Positions 12,655-24,459 of a stretch of 64,000 nucleotides of DNA are shown piece after piece. The notes beneath the pieces were generated by a model. The model saw only the letters and a list, made by a program, of their open reading frames with translations. It had not been told where the DNA came from and ran no database searches. How positions within the stretch are numbered: the stretch's first letter is position 1; each line of letters starts with the position of its first letter. A program made the position numbers and the translations under genes. This DNA is from Cyanophora paradoxa CCMP329. Its lineage: Eukaryota; Plantae; Glaucophyta. The DNA is taken from the NCBI GenBank assembly GCA_004431415.1, contig QPMI01000290.1, positions 27,868 through 91,867 of the forward strand. Direction: 5' to 3'.

Positions 12655-13299
12655 TCGTTAACGCCTCCGCAGCAGCAGGGAATCCCCCTCTCGAAGCTCC
12701 TTATCCCGCCATGGGAAGCTCTCCCCTCCAATAATCCTTCGCCTTTTCCGCCATTCGGACCCCAGTTGTCGCCCCTGCCTCCAAACGCGCCTCCCGGAGC
12801 CCACTCGGCGAATTTTGGGCCTGCGGGCCAGCCCCCGCAACCGTTCGCAGGACCGTACCCGCCAGGGCCGCCGGTATCTGCCACGAACGGCAGCGCACCC
12901 CTTCCACCTTTCAGCCAGCAGCCACCCTTCCCGGGGGGGCTGCCCGGCGGACCTGGCCCAATACCTGGCATCCACGACCAGCGCCTGCCTCCACCGTGGA
13001 TGCCGTGGGATGCAAGCACCTACCCCTCGGCTCCTCTGCCAGCTCCGCCGAATGGCACCGGGCCCTCTCCCTCAGATCTTCGCCAGCCGACCTTTGTCAG
13101 TGAGTGGCGTCCGCCAACAAACCTCCCAAGGGTTTCGGACCCCTTCGGCCCACCTGATTCTTTTGCCAATGCGTCTTCTATCCCGAATCCTGGCCCAGGG
13201 GGACCCTTGCCCGGCCCTGGCCAGCTCGCTGCCCCTCCCGGCCCTGGACTATGGCCAGTGGCGCTTGCTCAGCCTTTCCCCCCAGCTCCCTTCCGCTAG
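10534..13299 (+). CDS. SOX/MATA-type HMG-box transcription factor with polyQ and Pro-rich activation region
   Basis: After splicing: PPRPQNAFILFSNKRRPELRMQYPDKRNIELSVMLGDEWKQLTEAGRQQYRTEAGRIREDFKQKNPDFKY. GC-AG intron ~12091-12150 joins ORFs 10832..12139 and 12133..13299. Start uncertain. Confidence 0.85.
11436..12653 (+). repeat. (CAG)n/polyglutamine tracts inside the HMG-box gene
   Basis: Interrupted CAG/CAA runs at ~11436-11632 and a near-pure CAG run at ~12595-12651. Confidence 0.9.
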
Positions 13300-14005
13300 G
13301 TTTCACTATGCACAGATTCGCTTTTGGACCAGGTTTGCATTAGATACTCCGTGTAGAGTAATTTAGACTAGAAGCATTTCATCTTGCAAGTGTAGCCTAT
13401 AGCTCGTAGAACACACTGATTCGCTGCTTTTGCATGCATTTTTCGCATTGATTCTCATGATAAGCTTGGTATACGTAGGCGCATCCCGTTCGGTATACGT
13501 ACAGTCCGCAACTGCTGGCACAGTGGTAGCAGCACGATAACAGTGCCTTTTTTCTCATTGACCATTGACGCATAATAATGCCACACGGGCCCCAATCCCG
13601 GCACGAGTGTGCTTCAGCTTATAATTACAAGCTCAGCGGCTCGCTGAACCGCCATCATGAGATCCGATAATTCTGACCGTCGGACTCCCAAACTCACTGT
13701 ACGTCACATGCCAAATATTAATGAGTCCGAACTCAGTGAAATAACTTGGATCGAATGCGACTCGGAGAAACGTTTACTGGCAAGAGACGACGGATAGCGC
13801 AGATATTCAATGACCGTGCGGCTTCTGTACATGTGCTCCCTTGCAGTCTGACATCGACTCAGGGACTGCCCTTAAACTCCGAAACATGTACAAGTTCTCA
13901 AATTTTTTAGATTTAATGTCACTGCTTCATTCCCCTACCCCTCCGAACCCCCCCCCCCCGAGCGGGCCCCCGGTACGCGAGGTCAGGAAGCACAGGTTTG
14001 GGACG

Positions 14006-15953
14006 ATGGCGCAGGTGCGGCTCGTCTAGCTGCTTTTCGTGCCCCATAGCTTAGGCTCAACGTGCCGACCACCCCGCGTCGGCTGATGTTGTGCTTCCAC
14101 GCAGCCAAACGAGGACATTGACAAGCATGTTCTCAGGAAGTGCATAGCTCTTAGCGATTTTAACTTGCGTTCGTAAGTCCTGCTGCCTCAGGTACGAGGT
14201 GCTGCAGAAGCTCGGCAAAGGTCAGCTCCCCGCCCGCCGCGCAGGCCCTGCTTCCGATAGCTCAGAATCCCCTTGCAGGCGCATACGGTATCGTATGGAA
14301 GGTATGCCGAGCCGGTCCCTCCCGGAGCTTTTGTGGCGCCCGTCTAAACTTGTGCTTGCCTTGTGTTCGTCCGCCAAGGCCATCGACAAGGTGCATAGAA
14401 TGCCTCGGTTCGCTCAAATGCCTCCCGCATCGAGTGCTCAATGTTCGGTTCGTGGGACAGAAAACGAGGCAGATCGTGGCGTTGAAGAAGATCTTCGACG
14501 CTTTCCAGAACGCGACAGATGCGCAGCGTACCTTCCGTGAGATCATGTTCCTTCAGGAGATGAACAACCACGAGAACATCATCAAGGTGTGGGTAACGGG
14601 GCAGCGGTCCTCTCATACGTCTAAAGAGCCCGTGCGCAGCTTATGAACGTGCTGAAGGCTGATAACGACCGTGACATTTATCTCATCTTCGAGTTCATGG
14701 GTGCGCCGGACGCCGTGATGGGGCTCGGAAGCCAAGCTCCGGCTGAGCCCGCGCCTCCCAGAGACTGACCTGCACGCTGTGATCCGGGCTAATATCCTCG
14801 AGGAAATTCACAAGCAGTACATCATGTACCAGATGCTTAAGTCTCTGAAGTATATGCACTCCGCTGATCTCATCCACCGGTCCGCCCTGTCTGTTGTTTT
14901 TCTTTTCTGCCCTTCCCTGACGCGCCGAAAGTGACATGAAGCCGAGCAACATTCTGTTGAACTCGGATTGCCTGGTGAAGGTCGCGGACTTCGGTCTTGC
15001 ACGCTCCATCTCCACTCTCAACTCGGAGACGAGCCCTGTGCTAACGGACTACGTTGCTACAAGGTGGTACCGCGCTCCGGAGATTCTTCTGGGCTCCACA
15101 AAGTGCGATCTCCGACGTGCCATACCCCGTGAAGCTTTGTGTTTAGCGGTGTGCAGGTACACGAAGGGCGTGGACATGTGGTCACTGGGCTGCATTCTTG
15201 GCGAGATGATTGGTCTGAAGCCAATGTTCCCCGGTCCGCCCTGCGGCCCACTTGAGCATGCTTTTCTCTCTTGAAATTGAACGTTTCACAGGCAGCAGCA
15301 CGATGAACCAACTCGACAAGATCATGGAGATCACAGGCCGGCCATCGAAGGAGGATGTGGAGGCTATTAAATCGCCATTCGCCGCGACGATGATTGAGTC
15401 ATTGCCTCCCTCTCAGCCTCGGTCCGTCTTTACTCTTCGTCTTCATTCGAGTTTCAAACTGCGTGCGTGTCAGCTCCCTGCAAGACATGTATCCCCAGGC
15501 CAGCCCAGAAGCCCTTGACCTTCTGAAGAAGCTCCTGGTCTTCAACCCTGACAAGCGTATCACTGCTCTGGTTCATCCCAATATGGCAGAGAGTTGCTAT
15601 TTACGCCCTCTTGCTGACTTCTTCCTAACAGGAAGCCCTCAAGCATCCATATGTGGCTCAGTTCCACAACGAGGATGACGAGCCAGTTTGCACGCACGCA
15701 ATTCGGATTTTGATAGGTGATTCGGTCGATTGATATCTATCCTGCAATTATTGCTGACTTGCTTCCCCAGATGACAACGTGAAGTACAGTATTCAGGACT
15801 ACAGAGAAAAACTCTACAACGAGGTTATTCGGAAGAAGAAGGAGATCCGGTGTGCTCAAGACCACGCAACTTTGTATTCCTGCGTTCTGATTGTCCGTCA
15901 GGGCAAGGCACCACTCCTCGTCGTCCCAGGGCCAGACTCGCCAAGGATACTGA
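14006..15953 (+). CDS. MAPK15: MAP kinase 15 / ERK7 (TDY activation loop), many small exons
   Basis: Spliced: [114 protein letters not shown] at 15951-15953. Confidence 0.95.
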
Positions 15954-16605
15954 GCAACCAGCCGCATGTGCATCAGTAGTTGTCACTGAACAGTGAAATT
16001 GCGGTTTTTTCTTTATTGAGCGCTGGGTCATGCATACAAAGTAGTAGATTGTGATGACTCTACTGGCTAGCGGCAGTCCGGCCGGCGGCAGGGATCGAAA
16101 TCAAATTCAAATTCTGCTCTTTCTACGCTACGGGCGCGCCGGACCTCCTACCTACAGCGCTTTAACTGTACCCGTGCTGTTAGGGATAGAGCGTAACCCG
16201 CAGGGACTGGTGCCCTGATGGGGAAAAGGGGATGAGAGCCTAGCTAGCTACGAGCCGAGCAGGCGCTTCGCGTCCACGCCCGTGCCGTAGCGGATGAAGA
16301 TGCCCCTGCGAGAGGTCTGTGCGATCAGTACGATTACGATTGCGACTGCCGCGCCCATTACGATTACGATTACGATGGGCTATAGGCGGGGGGAGCCCTG
16401 GCCTGATTACGATTACGATTACGATCGGTGGCGGGCCCCCCGGCGGGCTCCCAGGAAGAACCAGTTATCTTCCCCGGCGTGCGCACGTGCCCATCGGCAG
16501 AATGGAGGCTGGACGAATTCGAAAGTTGCAAGTTGGACGAAAGTTGGACGAAAGTTGGACGAAAGTTGGACGAAAGTTGGACGAAAGTTGGACGAAAGTT
16601 GGACG
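15193..16605 (+). repeat. Copy 1 of a ~1.41-kb direct duplication (MAPK15 3' half + downstream + start of minisatellite)
   Basis: Matches 21217 onward. The only difference I saw is a 1-nt C deletion at ~21528 in copy 2. Confidence 0.95.
16530..16605 (+). repeat. 11-bp minisatellite (AAGTTGGACGA)x~7, interrupted by a retroelement
   Basis: Perfect tandem units ending GGACG|GGAAGATTACTC. Confidence 0.95.
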
Positions 16606-16911
16606 GGAAGATTACTCTAGCAAAGCGTACGAGTAATCTGCTTTCTTCTAGCGAAGGCCGAGCCGAACGCGAAAGCAGCTTGCACGAGCCGCGCGCCTGC
16701 TGCTTGCGATCGCGATCATCGGATCGCGATCGGACGCACGGCGTACCCAGATCTGCGAGCCAGGGCGCGGCGGTACCCGCATCTGCGATACGGGCTCGCT
16801 GTACCCGGGCCACCGGCTCAGTCGTCGGGTACCCGTCGACTGCCCGATTTGCCGGGCGTGTTGCCGATCTCATTGCCAGCAGCAGCAGTGTCAGGCACGC
16901 GTACGGTCGCG

Positions 16912-19819
16912 ATGGCAGGCAACGGAGACCTCGATCGACTTCTCATCGCTAGCGAAGGTGTGACCCCCTTCGCCCATTCCGCCTTGGGGAACCCCGGGGC
17001 CCTGGCGGGCCGGGCCCGCGCGCTCGGAAACGCGCAGGCTGGACCCGCTAGACCGCTAGAAACAGGGGCTGAGTTACCCGGACACGGCGGCTGGCTCCGT
17101 GGTCGACCATTGGAGGCTCCGCTCCGTCGGCATACGGCCGTGAGCGAGGATCGGCTATGGCCGATGGAGGGACGCTTCACGAAGCGTCGGAGTCGCGCGG
17201 GATTGGCGGGGCTAGCGCATGGGCTGGGGAGTGCTGGCGGGCTGGCGGACTCCATGGACAGCAGCTCATCCGGTTTCTTTTTGGCGAGCGCAGAGCAGCT
17301 ACGGCTGGGTGTGATGGCGCTCAACCTACGGGTGCCGGTGACCCTCAAGGCAGAGCTGATCGCGCGCGTCGCGGTTGGCCGGGCCGCGGGCGCCGACGAA
17401 ACCGCGGCGCTGCCGACGGAGGAGGCGGCTCTGGACGGCTTCGCCATGTCTCTGCCGGCGTTCGACGACCGTGGCCGGCTCTTTGCGTGGTCGGCGAGAG
17501 CCGGCGCAGACGTGCTCGAAGTGTCGATGGCCACGCCGGATGCCGGCGGCCGCCGCCGCCTGCCGCTGGACATCGCCTGGACGGATCGTGGTACGGAGGA
17601 CGCGGCGTGCGAGACCACGGAGCTGTTCGCCGAACACGTGTGGATCGTCGGCGAGGGCCCGGAGTCGCTGGTGTTCCACCGGGCAGCGGCGCTCACCCGG
17701 CTGGACCCCGACGACGGCGCGGCGGTCCTCCACGCAACGCTCGCCGTGCGGGCGGCGTTCAATCGCGTCATCCGCATCGTACTCGGCCAATCGCCCGGCG
17801 TCACGTTCGCCCGCTTCGCCTCCGCGGCCCCGTCAGGCTCAATCGAGTTCCGGATCCTCCAGTCTCTCGCGGTGCCTTTCCGAGCGGACGCCCGGTCGGC
17901 CGAGTTCGCCGGGCAGTTCGGCAAGTGCCTGGCGGACCGGCGCATGGCGCCGGTGCTGGAGGCGGTGACGAGCGGGCGGGTGCTGACTGTTGGCTGGCTG
18001 GCGATCGCCGTGGGTGTGGAGGTTCCGACCACGGCGGCACGGGCCGCCGGCGCGGCAACGCCGACCGAGGTCGTCGGCGGCACCCATGCCCGCCTCAGCG
18101 GCGGTCTCATCGGTGACGTACTGGACCACGCTGGGGTCGGCTACGGCGACAACGAGCAGCAAGCACTGGCCATGAAGCTCTTTCTGGCTCAGCTGGAGAG
18201 CGGCGCATCGGCGGCGGGCGCCGGCGCCAACGCTGGCAACGCCGGCGCCGGCGCGTCGGGCGCCCGGCGGGGCCCGGTCATGGCGGGGTCCTGCAGCTGG
18301 CGCTGGCGACGTCGGCCGCGGCGGGCCGGCCCGCCGGTAACGGCGGTGCCGGCCGGGCGGCGCCGGCCGCGGCGGCGGCGGCGGCACGCGTGACGCGGAC
18401 GGCGAGCGCTGGGGTGACGGCGATCGTGACGACGCGAACGGCGACCGGCGGGACTACGATCGCGAGCGGGACTACGATCGTGAGCGGGACTACGATCGGG
18501 AGGAGGAGCGCGAGCGCCGGCGCGACGGCGAGCACGATCGCACGGGCGACCGCCTCGGGCGTCTGGAGAGGGGCCTGGAGAATTTCGTTAGCCGCCTGGA
18601 GCGCCGCCTGGACGACGAACCCCACCGCTCCCGCGACCGCTCCCGCAGCCCCGAGCCTCAGGGCGACATGAAGAACATCCTCGAGGCGCTGGATGATCCC
18701 GACAAGCTGGCGGACCTCGCGCACCGTCGCCGCCGTCAAGGAGCGCACCGACATCCCGCCGCCGTCAAGGAGCGCACCGACATCTCCCTGCACCAGGCCC
18801 GCCTGGCCCGCGCGGGCCTGTGCGCATCGGAGATCAGCAACGACATCCAGAACCCCGCAGTCAAGGAGATCATCCGGGCGGCGCTCGCGGCCGGCGCCGG
18901 CTACATGGCGAACGCTTGCACCGACGCCGCCGCCCGCGCGCTGGCGGCCAACCGCGGCCTCGTCCAGTCCTGTCTTCAGAGCGTGGCGCTCCTCAGGAAG
19001 GCGGGCGAGAAGGAGGCCGCCAAGGGCTTGCTGGTGAAGGCGCTCCACCTCAGCCGCCTGGGCCACCTGGCCAACCTGGAGATCCGCGGCCTGGCTGACC
19101 CGGCGTCGGACGCCGTGAGCGCTGGGGCGTCCCGCGGCGTGCCCGCCCGGACCCGTACGACAAGAACAAGGGCGCGGAGGCCTACATGGCGAAGACGAAC
19201 TCGTCGTACGGCGCCTTCCTCCAGACCAACCTCTCGGCCGAGCTCATCCGCACGGCGATGAGCAAGATCGGCGACGACATGCCCCTCACCGGCATCAAGT
19301 CGACGCGGCTGGTCAAGGAGACGCCGCCGCGCATCTGGAAGCCGGAGGGGCGCCGGATCACGCTGGAGGGCCTCTTCAAGAGCCCTGACGGCACCGACCC
19401 GGGCAAGTCGAAGCGCGACCTCGTCAAGAAGGCCACCGACGCGGGGGTGGAGGAGGCGCAGCTGGCGCACGGCGACGGCGTCCAGATCAAACGTGCGGGC
19501 CACGGCCTTGCCTGCAACGACCCTGCGGGCCACGGCCTTTTCACCCCTGATTTCTACCCCTCGCAGCCGACCCAAGCAGCTGGCCGCCCTCTCCCGGCGC
19601 GACGTCGGCTCCGGCGGCGGCCAGGGCGGCAGCGGGGGCTACAACGGCGGCGGCGGCCACAACAGCGGCGGCGGCTACAACGGCGGCGGCAAGGGGGGAG
19701 GCGGCGGCAACCGGATGCCCCCGGCCCCCCGCCAGCGTACCCCCCCCAAGGACAGCGATCGCGAGCGCAAGCGCTCCCGCAGCCCGCGCGGCCGCTCCCC
19801 CCAGCGCCGGCGCCAGTAG
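16912..19819 (+). CDS. Putative gag-like ORF1 of the retroelement (frameshifted)
   Basis: Chain of ORFs 16849..18393, 18668..19261, 19186..19875 and 19493..19819: globular N-terminal part, RDYDRE repeats, helical middle region, GGYNGG and RS-rich tail. No family motif recognised. Confidence 0.55.
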
Positions 19820-20014
19820 TGCGCAGGCCTCGGTGGGGTTCAGCGGGACACGTGTGGCCTGGGACCTGGCAGTGATGGATGACACTGTACATGTAGGGCC
19901 CTGGCCAGTCGAGGCCTACGGGCCAAAATTGACTTCTACTTCTGATTGTGACCATGAGGTCGACCTGCCGGGCATGCGGGGGGCGAGCTGATAGCGCTAT
20001 CGAACTCCAACGCA

Positions 20015-21216
20015 TTGGCACCGCCGGGAACGGGTGGAGCACGCCTTGAGAGGCTACGGGCCTTCGTGCGTGAGCACGGGCAGCCCCCACCATACGATTT
20101 CAAAGCGCACGAGGCCGCATTCCGCGCAGGCCAGTTTAAAACACATGCCGCGGCATGGGTGAGGCAGTTCAGGAAGGCGGGGACAACCGTTCCGCGCTAT
20201 GTGAAGCTTGTCCTATCTCGCGGAGCGCGCTTCGCCCTGCGAGACGCCGACAGATTCGACCCGTGCGACCCCTGGGACCCCTCGCAGGCGATCACGCCGG
20301 ATCAGATTCCGGCGTTTGAGGAAGAACCGCGCCCCTCATGCTCGATCTCGCCGGCGCATAAAGCCTTCGTGGATTCGGAGGTAGAAGGCCCGAAAAAGAG
20401 CATGGTCGCGCTGGGTGCAGTGCGCCGCGTCGGCCCGGACGAGCCCAAGCCCCCCCTGGTGTCTTCCCTTCACACGGTGGATAAGAAAGGGGCGGACAAA
20501 TTCCGGCTCTGCCTCGATGCCAAGCGTGTCAACCGCTACATTCACCTTCGCTCGTTCCGCTACCAGACGCTCGACCAGGTGATCGAGCTCCTGCGTCGGT
20601 ATCCCAACTGCTGGCTCGTATCCTACGACCTGCGAAAGGGCTACTACCACATCGCACTCTGCATGCTGACGGCCTGCATCCTGGCCTTCAAGTGGACGAT
20701 AGGAGGGGTGACGCACTACTATGTGTATCAGGCCCTCCCCTTCGGGGTCGCCGCCGCGTGCTACATCTTCACGAAGGTGATGAGGGCCTTCGCGAAGTAC
20801 TGGCTGGTGCTCGCGGGCGTCCTCCTCTGTACATACATCGACGACGGCCTCTTCATCTGCGAGACGCTTGAAGAGGCGATCCTCGTCTCGCTGCACCTGC
20901 AGTACCTGGGCGTCCTGCTGGGCCTCACATTTTCAGACAAGACCAGGTTCACGCCTTCCCAGGACCGGGAGCACCTGGGCCTTGTCCTTGACACGGCCCG
21001 GGGCCGGTGTTATCTGCCGGAGAAGAAGCTTCGCAAGCTTCTTGCGGTGCTCGAGCTACTGCGCGGCGCGACCGCAGCCCCCGCCGTCGAGCTCCAGCGG
21101 ATCGCCGGCTCGCTCAACGCGGCTCGGCATGCCTTTGTTGGGGCCGCGCTGGTGTCCCGCCCGCTCACAGCGGCGGTCGCGCAAGCCGACGCGGCTGGAG
21201 CTCGAGGGCAGCTGGC
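20015..21216 (+). CDS. Reverse transcriptase, DIRS1-like (truncated)
   Basis: KFRLCLDAKRVNRYI, SFRYQTL, SYDLRKGYYHI, YQALPFGVAAACYIFTKVMR, YIDDG, EHLGLVLDT, LPEKK, ELQRIAGSL. Confidence 0.92.
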
Positions 21217-21976
21217 CATTCTTGGCGAGATGATTGGTCTGAAGCCAATGTTCCCCGGTCCGCCCTGCGGCCCACTTGAGCATGCTTTTCTCTCTTGAAA
21301 TTGAACGTTTCACAGGCAGCAGCACGATGAACCAACTCGACAAGATCATGGAGATCACAGGCCGGCCATCGAAGGAGGATGTGGAGGCTATTAAATCGCC
21401 ATTCGCCGCGACGATGATTGAGTCATTGCCTCCCTCTCAGCCTCGGTCCGTCTTTACTCTTCGTCTTCATTCGAGTTTCAAACTGCGTGCGTGTCAGCTC
21501 CCTGCAAGACATGTATCCCCAGGCCAGCCAGAAGCCCTTGACCTTCTGAAGAAGCTCCTGGTCTTCAACCCTGACAAGCGTATCACTGCTCTGGTTCATC
21601 CCAATATGGCAGAGAGTTGCTATTTACGCCCTCTTGCTGACTTCTTCCTAACAGGAAGCCCTCAAGCATCCATATGTGGCTCAGTTCCACAACGAGGATG
21701 ACGAGCCAGTTTGCACGCACGCAATTCGGATTTTGATAGGTGATTCGGTCGATTGATATCTATCCTGCAATTATTGCTGACTTGCTTCCCCAGATGACAA
21801 CGTGAAGTACAGTATTCAGGACTACAGAGAAAAACTCTACAACGAGGTTATTCGGAAGAAGAAGGAGATCCGGTGTGCTCAAGACCACGCAACTTTGTAT
21901 TCCTGCGTTCTGATTGTCCGTCAGGGCAAGGCACCACTCCTCGTCGTCCCAGGGCCAGACTCGCCAAGGATACTGA
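21217..21976 (+). pseudogene. MAPK15: Duplicated 3' half of MAPK15 (5'-truncated, 1-nt deletion)
   Basis: Starts mid-exon at [14 protein letters not shown]. Same introns as 15193-15953. CCC>CC at ~21528. Confidence 0.85.
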
Positions 21977-22351
21977 GCAACCAGCCGCATGTGCATCAGT
22001 AGTTGTCACTGAACAGTGAAATTGCGGTTTTTTCTTTATTGAGCGCTGGGTCATGCATACAAAGTAGTAGATTGTGATGACTCTACTGGCTAGCGGCAGT
22101 CCGGCCGGCGGCAGGGATCGAAATCAAATTCAAATTCTGCTCTTTCTACGCTACGGGCGCGCCGGACCTCCTACCTACAGCGCTTTAACTGTACCCGTGC
22201 TGTTAGGGATAGAGCGTAACCCGCAGGGACTGGTGCCCTGATGGGGAAAAGGGGATGAGAGCCTAGCTAGCTACGAGCCGAGCAGGCGCTTCGCGTCCAC
22301 GCCCGTGCCGTAGCGGATGAAGATGCCCCTGCGAGAGGTCTGTGCGATCAG

Positions 22352-22920
22352 TACGATTACGATTGCGACTGCCGCGCCCATTACGATTACGATTACGATG
22401 GGCTATAGGCGGGGGGAGCCCTGGCCTGATTACGATTACGATTACGATCGGTGGCGGGCCCCCCGGCGGGCTCCCAGGAAGAACCAGTTATCTTCCCCGG
22501 CGTGCGCACGTGCCCATCGGCAGAATGGAGGCTGGACGAATTCGAAAGTTGCAAGTTGGACGAAAGTTGGACGAAAGTTGGACGAAAGTTGGACGAAAGT
22601 TGGACGAAAGTTGGACGAAAGTTGGACGAAAGTTGGACGAAAGTTGGACGAAAGTTGGACGAAAGTTGGACGAAAGTTGGACGTCGTAATCGCAACGTTA
22701 ACTTTAACTTAGTAACTTAGTAACTCTGATTCCGATCGTAATCGCAACTCTGATTCCGATCGTAATCGCAACTCTGATTCCGATCGTAATCGCAACCCTG
22801 ATTCCGATCGTAATCGCAATCGGTCGTAATCGTAGCTCTAGCCAAGGCCTATCGTAATTCTGGGTCGTAATTCAAGGCCTATCGTAATTCTGGTTGCGGG
22901 GTTCTGGGTCGTAATCGTAG
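22352..22920. mobile_element. Foldback/MITE-like element with (GATTAC)n on the left, (GTAATC)n on the right and a central minisatellite
   Basis: TACGATTACGA at the left end and TCGTAATCGTA at the right. 24-bp tandem (CTCTGATTCCGATCGTAATCGCAA)x~4 at ~22724-22819. The left arm is also at ~16329-16425. Confidence 0.55.
22553..22683 (+). repeat. 11-bp minisatellite (AAGTTGGACGA)x~12
   Basis: Perfect tandem array, 131 bp. Confidence 0.97.
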
Positions 22921-23075
22921 CTCGATTCTGCGCGGAAACTTCGGAAGTCTAGATCTGCATGCGCAGCTGTCGGTGCCGTACGCGTATCCGGACATTGCGC
23001 ATGCGGAGCTACAGCTGTGCTTGAGTTCTCCAGCTGCCGCTGTACACCGCGCCGCCGCGCGTGTGGGCAGGGACC

Positions 23076-24459
23076 ATGCTGCCTACGCCGAGCTTCTCCG
23101 GGAGCCGTGCGCGTTCGTCGTATACGTGTCCTTGCTCCCTCTATCTAACGCGCACGCTCAGACCGACTCTCTGGCTCGCAGCAGCATGAACCTTCGCTCG
23201 AGTCGCGCGCGAGGTCAGAAGTTTACGCATGCGCATCCATCTGCAGCAGGTTGGAATTCTCAACCGGCACGCAGCGATTACGAGCTGGTGTGTAAGCTTG
23301 ACGACGTGAAAACGATCTCGAAGGCCCTTGCAGCTGTTCAGTGGAAGAAGGACCAGGTTGGCATACGTGCTTGTGTGAGTTCGAATTCGCCCCCAGCTGA
23401 AATGTTTGTAGATTGCGAGCGTGCATATCACGAAGAATGGCTTGAGATTTACTGTGGAGGAAGGGCGCTGCGTGCAGTGTCGGGCTTTCTTTCAGCACAA
23501 CATATTTGCGAAGTTTGCTGATAGGGCAGTGCATCTCGTCTGTTCTCACTGCACCACAGTTTCCACTTCCGAAAGGACCAACTGGACTTCCGAATAAATC
23601 TGAATATGCTTCTTGAATGCCTGAACATCTTTCAAGGCGCTTCCTCTCTCGAGATGGTGTACGCTGGGCAAGGCCACCCGTTGTCACTTTTGTGAGCTAG
23701 AAGTCTAATTGAGAAGATATACCTCTTACTAACGCTGTGCAGACTGACGGAGGGTGAGACTGTGTCGGAGTGCGGTTTGCGGACTCTGCAGCCTGGCCTG
23801 GAGATGGACCTTTCCTTTCGACGAGTGCCAATCCAGAACAAGGCGACTCTGAATGCAAGCGAATACTCATTTCATTGATCAAAACTCTAAGTTCACGCTT
23901 ACCGCCCGTCAGTCTGAGATATTGAAGGAGGCCTTTCAAGATCTCGAGCCTTATGGTGGTGCTCCAGACACCCCTGTCACAGTATGCATGTCCCCAGACT
24001 CGCCGTTTCTCAAGATAAGCACCTCAAGTCCATATGGGGACTTCGATGTATGTGATCATGATATGATAAAATAGCGTCATCTGTGCTCATCCATAGCAGG
24101 CGGAGTTCCCAATGCTGAATGATCGGGATCAGTTTATGGAGTTTGAGTCGCAAACTACTCAGACATTCAGGTTTGCATCACTACGTGCTCATTGCTGCCA
24201 CGAAGAGTTCACTTACCACGGGGATTAGCTATCAACTTTCTATGATGCAGCCCAGCATCAAGGCACTCTCATCATCGACATATACTAAAATAAGAATCAA
24301 TGCTGAAGGAGTTCTCAGCATGCAGCATGTGCATCCTTTATTCCCATCTCAATGCGACCTGAGGTGCCCGGAGCTAATATCTCAAACCAGATGATTCAGG
24401 CGTCAGAAACAGCGCCAGCAGTCTTTGTCGACTTCCTCATCCTTCCAAACGAGGAGTGA
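23076..24459 (+). CDS. RAD1: RAD1/Rec1 subunit of the 9-1-1 checkpoint clamp
   Basis: Spliced: LVCKLDDVKTISKALAAV, ITKNGLRFTVEEGRCVQCRAFFQ, FRINLNMLLECLNIFQG, YAGQGHPLSLL, SEILKEAFQDLE, MSPDSPFLKIST, TKIRINAEGVLSMQHM, FVDFLILPNEE*. Start tentative. Confidence 0.9.

Larger units (their letters stand above)
16606..21216 (+). mobile_element. 3'-truncated DIRS/Ngaro-type (tyrosine-recombinase class) retrotransposon: long ORF1 + RT
   Basis: Intron-free 4.6-kb insert absent from the second copy of the flanking duplication. Contains a DIRS-like RT. RNase H and tyrosine recombinase not present. Confidence 0.8.

Noticed and set aside
11083-13019. Poly-Cys and poly-Leu ORFs on the minus strand
   Set aside because: They are antisense readings of the CAG/polyQ tracts.
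19873-19877. TGATG stop-start overlap as termination-reinitiation between ORF1 and RT
   Set aside because: The more plausible ORF1 frame stops at 19819, and the ATG is not in frame with RT without a further indel.
20015-21216. RT as a retron, DGR, group II intron or telomerase
   Set aside because: The motifs (DLxxGYYHI, LPFG, YIDD, LGLxLDT, LPxxK) and the upstream gag-like ORF fit DIRS-type retrotransposon RT. No ncRNA or TR/VR pair was seen.
22553-22820. Possible CRISPR array or telomeric repeat
   Set aside because: The repeats are contiguous with no unique spacers, there are no cas genes, and the context is eukaryotic. The unit does not resemble known telomere motifs and is interstitial.
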